From positions 3,643,611-3,667,610 of the forward strand of contig NZ_CP188257.1 in assembly GCF_049994355.1 (NCBI RefSeq): a stretch of DNA of 24,000 bases. The letters run 5' to 3'. This DNA is from Angustibacter sp. McL0619 (lineage in GTDB: Bacteria; Actinomycetota; Actinomycetes; Actinomycetales; Angustibacteraceae). Below the pieces are notes generated by a model. It did not search any database and was not told where the DNA came from. It saw only the letters and a program-made list of their open reading frames with translations. Of the stretch, positions 14,355 through 24,000 are shown in pieces. A program made the translations under genes and the position numbers. Position 1 is the stretch's first letter. Each line of letters begins with the position of its first letter.

Positions 14355-15503
14355 ATGGTTCATCCACCTGGGTGGGAACCACCCGGTGCCGACGACCAGC
14401 GGTCGGGCGGCTGGGGGCAGCCGCGGTACGTCCCCATCCCGCCGAGCCAGGGACCGCCACCGCTGTACGGCGCCACCCCCGGGTACGGCCCCGGGCTGCC
14501 GCCCGGTCAGGCGTGGGCGCCACCGACCCCAGGAGTGGTCCCGCTGCGACCGCTGGGTCTGGGCGACGTGCTGGACGGCGCGGTGCGCACCATGCGGCAC
14601 AACCCGCGGGTCATGTTCGGTCTCTCCGCACTGGTGATGGGTATCGCGGTCGTGCTGTCGACGGCGCTGCTGCTGCTCGGGCTGCCGCAGGCGCTCGACG
14701 CACTGGATCCCGCCAACGGCAGCTTCGGCGCTGACCAGGCGGCCGACCTGGTCGGTGCTGGGGTCGTCGCCGTGATCATCCCCGCCCTGGTCCAGGGGCT
14801 GGCCCTGTCGGTGCTGAACGGCATCCTGATCAGCGCGGTCAGCGACGCGGTCATCGGGCTGCGTCCGAGCACGGCCGAGGTGATCCGCCGGGTCGGTTGG
14901 CGCGGTGTCGGCCGCCTCGTGGCGCTCACGCTGCTCAGCAGCCTGCTGCTGCTGCTCGCCCTGGTGGTGATCGCCCTGCCGGTCGCCGGCCTCTACTTGC
15001 TCGCGCTGCCGGCCGGGGTGCTGGCCACCGTGGTCGGCGTGCCCCTGGCGATCTGCACGCTGGTCTACCTGTACATCCGACTGGCCTTCGCGGCACCGGC
15101 GATGCTGCTGGAGCGGCTGGGAGTCTGGGCCGCGCTGCGTCGCTCGTGGCGGCTCGGCACCGGCTCGTGGTGGCGGGTGCTCGGCGTCCTGCTGCTCACC
15201 GGGCTCATCGGCTGGGTGGCCTCGAGCCTGCTGCAGCTGCCCTTCGGCATCATCGGCGAGCTGGTCGGGGCGGCCATCGGGGTCGGCGACGACACCTCCA
15301 CCATCACCATCTCGCTGCTGGTCTCGTCCGCCGTCTCGAACCTCGGCACGGTGGTGTCGGCCGCCGTGGTGTCACCGTTCGGGGCCGCGGTGGTCTGCCT
15401 GCTCTACATCGACCTGAGGATCCGGCGCGAGGGGCTGGACGTCGCGCTGGCCCGCGCCGCAGCCAACAACGCCAGCGCCCAGCGCGCCGAGGACCTGCCG
15501 TGA
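14355..15503 (+). CDS. Polytopic membrane protein with a Pro/Gly-rich N-terminus (GPDPase-membrane-domain / DUF975-like)
   Basis: ATG 14355 is preceded by GAGGGGGAA. The N-terminus MVHPPGWEPPG...PPPLYGATPGYGPGLPPGQ is followed by about 6 hydrophobic helices. This is the first gene of the DUF4129/DUF4350/MoxR/DUF58 operon. The track start at 14250 is probably too long. Confidence 0.65.
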   Translation: MVHPPGWEPPGADDQRSGGWGQPRYVPIPPSQGPPPLYGATPGYGPGLPPGQAWAPPTPGVVPLRPLGLGDVLDGAVRTMRHNPRVMFGLSALVMGIAVVLSTALLLLGLPQALDALDPANGSFGADQAADLVGAGVVAVIIPALVQGLALSVLNGILISAVSDAVIGLRPSTAEVIRRVGWRGVGRLVALTLLSSLLLLLALVVIALPVAGLYLLALPAGVLATVVGVPLAICTLVYLYIRLAFAAPAMLLERLGVWAALRRSWRLGTGSWWRVLGVLLLTGLIGWVASSLLQLPFGIIGELVGAAIGVGDDTSTITISLLVSSAVSNLGTVVSAAVVSPFGAAVVCLLYIDLRIRREGLDVALARAAANNASAQRAEDLP

Positions 15504-15504
15504 T

Positions 15505-15540
15505 CCGGCCGACCCGGCCGACCCGGCCGACCCGCTTGAC
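15505..15540. repeat. 9-bp tandem repeat CCGGCCGAC x3, plus one degenerate unit (CCGCTTGAC)
   Basis: Units at 15505, 15514, 15523 and 15532, in the 58-bp gap between the membrane-protein stop (15503) and the DUF4129 start (15562). Confidence 0.8.
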
Positions 15541-15561
15541 GCGGCGCCGCCTCGTGGGCCG

Positions 15562-16209
15562 GTGCCGGTGAGCCTGGGCTGGTCCACCGCACCGCTCGAG
15601 CCGGGCCGCATCCTGGCGCGGGAGTGGGCCCGACAGGAGCTGAGCGACCCGGTGTATGCCAGGGCCCGGCCCGGCCTGCTGCACCGCGCGGTGCAGTGGG
15701 TGCTCACCAAGCTGGGTGAGATCGACTTCCGGCCGTCCGCGCTGACCAACCCCTACGCGGCGCTCGCCCTGCTCGCCCTGCTCGTCGTGGTCGTCGCCGT
15801 GGTGGTCCGACTGCGCACCGGACGACTGCGTGGACCCAGTCGCGGCCCGCGCCAGGACGGACTGTTCGACGACGCCGTGCTCAGCGCCGGCCAGCACCGG
15901 CTGCTCGCCGAGCATGCCGCGGCGCAGGGACGCTGGGCCGACGCCGTCCGGGAGCGGTTCCGGGCCGTCGTCCGCTCGCTGGACGAGCGCGCGCTGCTGG
16001 ACGACCGCCCCGGCCGGACCGCCGACGAGGCGGCCCGCGAGGCCGGCCGGGTGCTCCCCGACCTGGCCGACCGGCTGACCCTGGCCGCAACCGTCTTCGA
16101 CGACGTCAGCTACGGCGACCGGCCGGCCACCGCCGAGGACGACGAGCGGCTGCGGGCGCTGGACACCGCGGTCGCCGGTGGCCGGCTCGGCGCGGGGACG
16201 CCGCGGTGA
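15562..16209 (+). CDS. DUF4129 domain-containing membrane protein
   Basis: N-terminus ...LEPGRILAREWARQELSDPVYARA, one TM segment (AALALLALLVVVVAVVV), and a C-terminal ...GRTADEAAREAGRVLPDLADRLTLAATVFDDVSYGDRPAT typical of DUF4129. Confidence 0.7.
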   Translation: MPVSLGWSTAPLEPGRILAREWARQELSDPVYARARPGLLHRAVQWVLTKLGEIDFRPSALTNPYAALALLALLVVVVAVVVRLRTGRLRGPSRGPRQDGLFDDAVLSAGQHRLLAEHAAAQGRWADAVRERFRAVVRSLDERALLDDRPGRTADEAAREAGRVLPDLADRLTLAATVFDDVSYGDRPATAEDDERLRALDTAVAGGRLGAGTPR

Positions 16210-17368
16210 GGCGGGGCTGGCGTTTCCCGGCGATGCTCGCCGCCGTGCTGGTCGCCGCGGTCGGGCTGAGCCTGCTCCTGTTGCGTCCCAGTTCCGGGGC
16301 CCGGCTGGACCCGGCCAGCGCTGCCCCCGACGGCTCGCTGGCCCTTGTCCACGTGCTGCGCGACCACGGAGTCGACGTCCGGGTCCGGCACCGGTTCGCG
16401 GATGTCAGCAGGGACGTCGGCCAGGCCTCCGGCCCGGTCGGAGTGGTGGTCGCCCGGCCGGATCTGCTGGGCGTGGGGCGGGCGGCAGACCTGCGCCGGC
16501 TGACCCAGGACGGCCGTTCCGACCTCGTGGTGGTCGCCGCTGGCAACGACGTGCTGGCCGACCTCGACCTGCCCTACGGATCGGGCCCGGCCGCCGAGAC
16601 CGGGCTGCTGCACCCGGCCTGCGGTGCCGCCCTGCCGACCCGGGCCGGCACCGCGTACTTCGACGACCTCGCCTACTCCCGCAACGACATCGCTCAGACG
16701 CACGGCCAGACCGCGTCCTGCTACCCGGTGCAGCGGCTGCCCGGCCAGCCGGCCGCCGCGGCCTACGTGGAGATCGCCTTCGACGACGGACGCATCACCA
16801 CCCTGCTCGGCTCCGGCACCGCGATGACCAACGACCGGATCGGCACGGACGGCAACGCGTCCCTGTCCGTGGGCGCTCTGGGACGTCGGGCCGAGCTGGT
16901 CTGGTGGACGCCTGACCCGCTGGACGGCGCGCCGCAGGCCGAGGCACCGACGATCAACGAGCTGCTGCCGGACGCCGTGCGGTACGGGGCACTGCAGCTC
17001 GTCGTCGTCCTCGCGGTCGTCATCATCTGGCGGGCGCGCCGGTTCGGACGGCTGGTCCCCGAGCCGCTGCCGGTCGTCGTCCGAGCGATCGAGACCACCC
17101 GCGGACGGGCCCAGCTGTACCGCCGGGCGCGGGCGCGCGGGCGCGCCGCGCAGGTGCTGCGGGTCGCTGCCGTCCGGCGGCTGGCCACCCGAACCGGCCT
17201 GGCCCGCACGGCTGACGTCTCGGCCGTCGCCGCCGCCGTGGCCACCGCCACCGGACGACCCGCCGACCAGGTCGAGGACCTGCTGGTGGGACCTGACCCC
17301 GCGGATGACGCCACACTGGTGCGGCTTGCCCGCGACCTGGACGCCCTGGAGAAGGAGGTTCACCGACC

Positions 17369-17372
<4 letters not shown>
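16206..17372 (+). CDS. DUF4350 domain-containing protein
   Basis: N-terminal TM, then LDPASAAPDGSLALVHVLRDHGVDVRV, typical of DUF4350, and a late TM (YGALQLVVVLAVVIIW). The GTG start overlaps the upstream stop (GTGA 16206-16209). Confidence 0.7.
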
Positions 17373-18358
<986 letters not shown>

Positions 18359-18368
18359 GGCGGCCGGC

Positions 18369-19664
18369 GTGGCGCTGACCGGTCGGTGCGCCCTGCTCGC
18401 CCTGCTCGGGGTGGGCTGGGTGGCGTTGGTGCAGCCCAGCGTGGCGGGCGTCGGCGTCTGGTTGCTCGTGCTCGCGACCGCCATCGCCCTGGACCTGCTG
18501 CTCGCGGCCAGCCCAGGAAGGCTGACGGTCACCCGGGCGGCGACTGGCTCGGTCCGGCTGGGTGAGCCGACGTCGTCCGAGCTGACCGTGCTGAACTCCG
18601 GACGACGCCGGCTGCGCGCGCTGGTCCGGGACGCCTGGCAGCCGTCCGCCGGTGCGTCCGACGTCCGCCAGCGGCTCGACGTCCCGGCCGGCGAGCGACG
18701 TCGGGTCAGCACCGCGCTGCTGGCCCGCCGGCGCGGCGACCTGCGGGCGGATCGCCTGACGGTGCGCTCGCTGGGGCCGCTGCGGGTGGCCGCCCGCCAG
18801 CGCTCCATCGCGACGCCGGGTCGGCTGCGGGTGCTGCCCCCGTTCACCTCGCGCAAGCACCTGCCGAGCCGGTTGGCTCGGCTGCGCGAGATCGACGGCC
18901 GGTCCAGCGTGAACGTGCGCGGCCAGGGCACCGAGTTCGACTCGCTGCGCGACTACGTCGCCGGGGACGATGTGCGCAGCATCGACTGGCGGGCCACCGC
19001 CCGGCGCAGCGAGGTCCTGGTGCGCACCTGGCGCCCGGAGCGGGACCGCCGGGTCGTGCTCGTGCTGGACACCTCACGCACCGCAGCGGCCCGGGTCGGT
19101 GACGAGCCGCGGCTGGATGCGGCGATGGACGCCGCCCTGCTGCTTGCCGCACTCGCCAGCCGGGCCGGTGACCGGGTCGACCTGATCGCGGTCGACCGCC
19201 GGCTCCGGGCTCGGGTCGAGGGTGCGGGCGCGTCGTCCCTGCTGTCGGCGCTGGTCAGCGCGATGGTGCCGCTGCAGGCCGAGCTGGTCGAGGCGGACTG
19301 GTCGGTGGCGGTCGGTGCGATCGCCGGGCGGCTCACCCAGCGCTCGCTGGTGGTGCTGCTGACGTCGCTGGACTCCGCGGTGGTCGAGGAGGGACTGCTC
19401 CCGGTGCTCGGCCAGCTGACCCGGCGGCACCAGGTGGTGGTCGCCTCGGTCGCCGATCCGGAGATCGAGCGGATGAGCCGGGTGCGGACCAGTGCCGAGG
19501 ACGTGTACGCCGCCGCGGCCGCCGAACGGACGCGGCTGGAGCGCGAGCGGGTGGCCCGGCTGCTCGGCCGACTCGGTGCCGACGTGGTGGACGCCTCCCC
19601 CGTCGACCTGCCGCCGCGGCTCGCGGACCGCTACCTCGAGCTCAAGGCCGCCGGCAGGCTCTGA
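18369..19664 (+). CDS. DUF58 domain-containing protein (vWA-like partner of MoxR)
   Basis: Two N-terminal TM helices. Motif GQGTEFDSLRDYVAGDDVRSIDWRATARRSEVLVRTWRPERDRRVVLVLDTSR. Starts 10 nt after the MoxR stop. Confidence 0.9.
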   Translation: MALTGRCALLALLGVGWVALVQPSVAGVGVWLLVLATAIALDLLLAASPGRLTVTRAATGSVRLGEPTSSELTVLNSGRRRLRALVRDAWQPSAGASDVRQRLDVPAGERRRVSTALLARRRGDLRADRLTVRSLGPLRVAARQRSIATPGRLRVLPPFTSRKHLPSRLARLREIDGRSSVNVRGQGTEFDSLRDYVAGDDVRSIDWRATARRSEVLVRTWRPERDRRVVLVLDTSRTAAARVGDEPRLDAAMDAALLLAALASRAGDRVDLIAVDRRLRARVEGAGASSLLSALVSAMVPLQAELVEADWSVAVGAIAGRLTQRSLVVLLTSLDSAVVEEGLLPVLGQLTRRHQVVVASVADPEIERMSRVRTSAEDVYAAAAAERTRLERERVARLLGRLGADVVDASPVDLPPRLADRYLELKAAGRL

Positions 19665-19695
19665 GGGCAGCTCAGGCCGCCGGGCACTGACCGCG

Positions 19696-20070
19696 TCAGC
19701 TGAACTGGGTGAGTGAGAGGACGTTCCCGTCGGGATCGCTGAACCACGCGATGCGGTCGCCGTTCGGGGTGGTCCACACGCCCTGGGCGTCCTGCTCCAT
19801 GCCGTCGTAGCGGGCGAACACCACGCCGGCGGATTCGAGGCCGGTGACCGTCTCGCCGATGTCGGCGACCCGCCAGCCCAGGACGGTGTAGCCGGGCTTG
19901 GCGACCTCACCCACCGCAGTGACGCGCAGCATCGTGCCGTGCGCCTCGAACACACAGGCGTACGGGTTCTCATCGACGACCGGGAGCCCGAGAACGGACT
20001 CGTAGAAGGTCCGCGCCCTGGCCAGGTCGGCGGTGGGAGCGAAAGCAATCAGGTCACTGTCAGCGAGCAC
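19696..20070 (-). CDS. VOC (glyoxalase/bleomycin-resistance fold) family protein
   Basis: 124 aa from GTG 20070, with GAGGAG 5 nt upstream: VLADSDLIAFAPTADLARARTFYESVLGLPVV...IAWFSDPDGNVLSLTQF. The N-terminal extension of the track ORF (to 20247) overlaps the GNAT gene. Confidence 0.8.
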   Translation of the reverse strand: MLADSDLIAFAPTADLARARTFYESVLGLPVVDENPYACVFEAHGTMLRVTAVGEVAKPGYTVLGWRVADIGETVTGLESAGVVFARYDGMEQDAQGVWTTPNGDRIAWFSDPDGNVLSLTQFS

Positions 20071-20656
20071 GTCGACTCCTCGGGCTCTGGTCCTCGACCG
20101 TCCGGCGCATGACCCAGCGCCACTTCGCGATGCGACGGTCACGGTCGAAGCCGAACTCCTCGAACAGGCTCTCCGGGCCGGTGTGCAAGTAGGCGCCTCG
20201 CTGCGGTCCGCGGCCCTCCAGCTGCTCGGGGTACGCCTCGACGACACCTCCGCCGGCCTGGCCGATCGCGCTCAGCGCCGCGGCCAGCGCGGCCCGGACC
20301 ACGCCCTGGCGCCGGTGCTTGCTGTCGGCGAAGACGCAGCCGATCCGCCAGTCGGGCAGGTCCACGAGCTCCTTCTCGTAGGCCTTGGCGTTCTTGATCG
20401 TGGCGACCTCGCCGGGCGGCCCGTACTGGCACCAGCCCACGCACTCACCGTCGAGATAGGCGAGGATCTGGTGCACCGTTCCGTTCTCGACGTGCGCACA
20501 CTTCGCCGCGCGGTTGCCCTCCCGCGTCTCCTGGAATCCGTCCGGGTGGAAGCCGATGCACCAGCACCCACCCCAGACGCCGTTGTTCGCCTCGACCAAG
20601 GCAGCGAAATCGGCCCACGTCTGCGGCGTGAGCGGCTTGGTCACGTACTCCCCCAT
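20060..20656 (-). CDS. GNAT-family N-acetyltransferase (putative)
   Basis: The C-terminal 198 aa of track ORF 20060..21382, from ATG 20656: MGEYVTKPLTPQTWADFAALVEANNGVWGGCWCIGFH...HRRQGVVRAALAAALSAIGQAGGGVVEAYP. The rest of the track ORF is antisense to the SpoIIM-like gene. Confidence 0.7.
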   Translation of the reverse strand: MGEYVTKPLTPQTWADFAALVEANNGVWGGCWCIGFHPDGFQETREGNRAAKCAHVENGTVHQILAYLDGECVGWCQYGPPGEVATIKNAKAYEKELVDLPDWRIGCVFADSKHRRQGVVRAALAAALSAIGQAGGGVVEAYPEQLEGRGPQRGAYLHTGPESLFEEFGFDRDRRIAKWRWVMRRTVEDQSPRSRRAR

Positions 20657-20685
20657 CGGTGGCGTCGTCACCACACCACCCTGCC

Positions 20686-21681
20686 TCAGCCGCTGACCGG
20701 CAGCGAGTCCCCGACGTAGGCCTCTTCCAGGTCGCCGATCTCGCCGCGTGCCACCGCCCACCGGCCGAGCGTGAACACGTACGTCAGGAACGCGGCCTCC
20801 ACCAGCACGCCGATGCCGATCCGCGCCCACGTCGGCAGCGGGGACGGCGTCACGAACGCCTCGATCACGCCGGAGACCGCCAGCACCAGCACCAGTCCCA
20901 TCGCGATGGCGACCGCCGCGCGACCCTCCTCGGCCAGCGCCCGCGAGCGGGTCCGTGGCCCGGGGTCGATCCAGGCCCAGCACAGTCGCAGCCCGGCACC
21001 CGCGGCGATGAATACCGCGGTGAGCTCGAGCAGGCCGTGCGGCAGGATCAGGCCGAAGAAGAGGTCCAGCCGTCCGCCGCTGGCCATCAGCCCGCCGACC
21101 ACACCGACGTTCATCGCGTTCGAGTAGAGGATCCACAGCACGGGCAGGCCGAGCACCCCCGAGGCGATGCACAGTGCGGCGATCCAGGCGTTGTTGGTCC
21201 ACACCTGGGCGGCGAAGCTGCCGGCCGCGTACTGCGAGTAGTAGCTCTCGAAGTCGTTCTGCACCAGGCTGCGGATCTTGTCGTCCGTGGCCACCGCCGC
21301 CTGCACCTGCGGGTGGGTTGCGACCCACCAGCCCATCGCGAGCGCCACCAGCAGGGACGCCAGCGCGCACATCCCCCACCACCAGCGCGTGCGGTACAGC
21401 GCGGCCGGGAACGACGTCGTGAAGAACCGGGACAGGTCACGCCAGGCCGCCTCGTGGCTGCCCGTCGTCGCCGCCCGGGCCCGGGCCACCAGGGTGGACA
21501 GCCGGGCGACCAGCGCCGGGTCCGGCGCGGTGGACCGGACGACGGACAGCTGGGTGCCGACCCGCTCGTACAGGGCCACCAGCTCGTCTGCCTCGGCTCC
21601 GCTGAGCCGCCGTCGACCGCTCAGGTCGTGCAGCCGCGCCCACTCGTCACGGTGCGCGCTGACGTAGGCGTCCAGGTCCAC
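20686..21681 (-). CDS. Stage II sporulation protein M-like (DUF95) integral membrane protein
   Basis: N-terminus MDLDAYVSAHRDEWARLHDL...ADELVALYERVGTQLSVVRS, followed by about 6 TM helices including ...GLILPHGLLELTAVFIAAGAGLRL. Divergent from an RDD gene, as in other actinobacteria. Confidence 0.8.
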   Translation of the reverse strand: MDLDAYVSAHRDEWARLHDLSGRRRLSGAEADELVALYERVGTQLSVVRSTAPDPALVARLSTLVARARAATTGSHEAAWRDLSRFFTTSFPAALYRTRWWWGMCALASLLVALAMGWWVATHPQVQAAVATDDKIRSLVQNDFESYYSQYAAGSFAAQVWTNNAWIAALCIASGVLGLPVLWILYSNAMNVGVVGGLMASGGRLDLFFGLILPHGLLELTAVFIAAGAGLRLCWAWIDPGPRTRSRALAEEGRAAVAIAMGLVLVLAVSGVIEAFVTPSPLPTWARIGIGVLVEAAFLTYVFTLGRWAVARGEIGDLEEAYVGDSLPVSG

Positions 21682-21739
21682 TCGCCGACCCTATTGCCTG
21701 CTCACGTGGACTGCGGGGGCAACCCGCTAGCCTGCCCGA

Positions 21740-22555
21740 ATGGACGCGATGGTGACCGGCGACGCGGTCCTGCTCGACGTCCGTCCGGCGTCCTTCGCCT
21801 CGCGCGCGGTGTCCGGCTCGATCGACCTCGGGACCGAGGTGCTCGTCCTGCTCGGGCTGTTCGTGGTCATGACCCAGCTGGTCGCTGGCCTGGACGGCGC
21901 GGCCGCGGCGGCTCTCACCCTCGTCGTGCTCATCGCGGTGGCGGTCGGCGTACCGGTCACCATCGAGACGCTGACCCGCGGCCGGACGCTGGGCAAGCTG
22001 ATCATGGGGATGCGCGCGGTGCGCGACGACGGGGGCCCCATCCGCTTCCGGCACGCCCTGGTACGCGGCCTGGTCGGCTTCGTCGAGATCTGGGTGCTTT
22101 GGGGGGTGCCGGCACTGATCAGCTCGCTGGTCTCGCCCGACGGCAAGCGGCTCGGCGACCTGGCGGCCGGCACGTACGTGGTGCGCGAGCGTCCGTCCCG
22201 GCAGGTCTCGGTGATGGCCACGATGCCGCCGCAGCTGGCCGGTTGGGCCCGGCACGCCGACATCGGGCGGCTGCCCGACGGGCTCGCGCTGGCCGTCCGG
22301 CAGTTCCTGAGCCGCGCGAACGGCATGCACCTGGCGGCCCGAGCCGACATGGCCCACTCGCTGGCCGACGCCGTGTGCGAGCACGTGTCGCCGCAGCCGC
22401 CACCTGGCACCCACCCCGAGCTGGTGCTGGCGGCGGTGCTCGCCGAGCGACGCAACCGGGACGTCGTCCGGCTGGCCCGTGAGCAGCAGCAGCGGTACCG
22501 GTTGGCCGGCACGAACTCGGTGGAAGCAGCACTGGCGCGGGTGCACCGCCCCTGA
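21740..22555 (+). CDS. RDD-family membrane protein
   Basis: VTGDAVLLDVRPASFASRAVSGSIDL..., TM helices, and RGRTLGKLIMGMRAVRDDGGPIRFRHALVRGLVGFVEIW. The alternative start ATG 21749 is not excluded. Confidence 0.85.
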   Translation: MDAMVTGDAVLLDVRPASFASRAVSGSIDLGTEVLVLLGLFVVMTQLVAGLDGAAAAALTLVVLIAVAVGVPVTIETLTRGRTLGKLIMGMRAVRDDGGPIRFRHALVRGLVGFVEIWVLWGVPALISSLVSPDGKRLGDLAAGTYVVRERPSRQVSVMATMPPQLAGWARHADIGRLPDGLALAVRQFLSRANGMHLAARADMAHSLADAVCEHVSPQPPPGTHPELVLAAVLAERRNRDVVRLAREQQQRYRLAGTNSVEAALARVHRP

Positions 22556-22576
22556 GGACGGCGCACCCGCGCCAGT
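22531..22576. terminator. 14-bp perfect GC-rich hairpin between convergent genes; overlaps the RDD stop codon
   Basis: ACTGGCGCGGGTGC (22531-22544) is the exact reverse complement of GCACCCGCGCCAGT (22563-22576). The loop is 18 nt with 3 further possible pairs. No U-tract follows, so it may be an intrinsic-terminator-like or mRNA-stabilising structure. Confidence 0.45.
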
Positions 22577-22580
22577 CATG

Positions 22581-22603
22581 GACCGCCCGGCGGGCGGCCG
22601 GTC
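22581..22603. terminator. Second GC-rich hairpin just downstream of the ahcY stop
   Basis: GACCGCCCGGCGGGCGGCCGGTC: CCGCCC (22583-22588) pairs with GGGCGG (22592-22597). It lies 4 nt from the ahcY stop (22607-22609). Confidence 0.35.
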
Positions 22604-22606
22604 AGC

Positions 22607-24000
<1,394 letters not shown>

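Overview
This is a high-GC (about 70%+) actinobacterial chromosomal window. It is mostly conserved core genes plus one clear recent mobile-element insertion. All family calls below come from motifs read in the translated ORFs; no homology search was run.

Gene order, left to right:
- A membrane-protein gene (DUF4153/DUF4173-like) that runs off the left edge. It is missing from the supplied ORF track.
- A complex, less GC-rich intergenic region (1587-1728) holding an 11-bp inverted repeat and five phased 13-bp direct repeats.
- A minus-strand operon: DinB/DUF664, YcaQ-type DNA glycosylase, DUF222-HNH nuclease, MFS transporter.
- An orphan NarL/LuxR response regulator, then long-form hpf.
- A 1097-bp IS481-family element with intact inverted repeats and a TCTAGT target duplication. 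It sits exactly between the comF-like gene and hpf.
- comF-like, lpqB, mtrB and mtrA, joined by GTGA start/stop overlaps.
- A divergent five-gene plus-strand operon: Pro-rich membrane protein, DUF4129, DUF4350, MoxR AAA+ ATPase, DUF58.
- A small VOC + GNAT pair.
- A divergent SpoIIM-like / RDD membrane pair.
- ahcY (S-adenosylhomocysteine hydrolase), running off the right edge.

No tRNA, rRNA or CRISPR array was seen. The ORF track uses the longest ORF with ATG/GTG/TTG read as M, so several starts were moved inward using SD motifs and stop/start overlaps. Many long ORFs antisense to real genes are high-GC artefacts.

Most worth follow-up:
- the 13-bp repeat array plus adjacent inverted repeat upstream of the unlisted membrane gene;
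- the IS481 insertion, whose stop codon is supplied by the CTAG target and whose RBS is sequestered in a 14-bp hairpin;
- the uncharacterised MoxR/DUF58/DUF4350/DUF4129 membrane module next to mtrAB-lpqB;
- the DinB-YcaQ-HNH-MFS operon.
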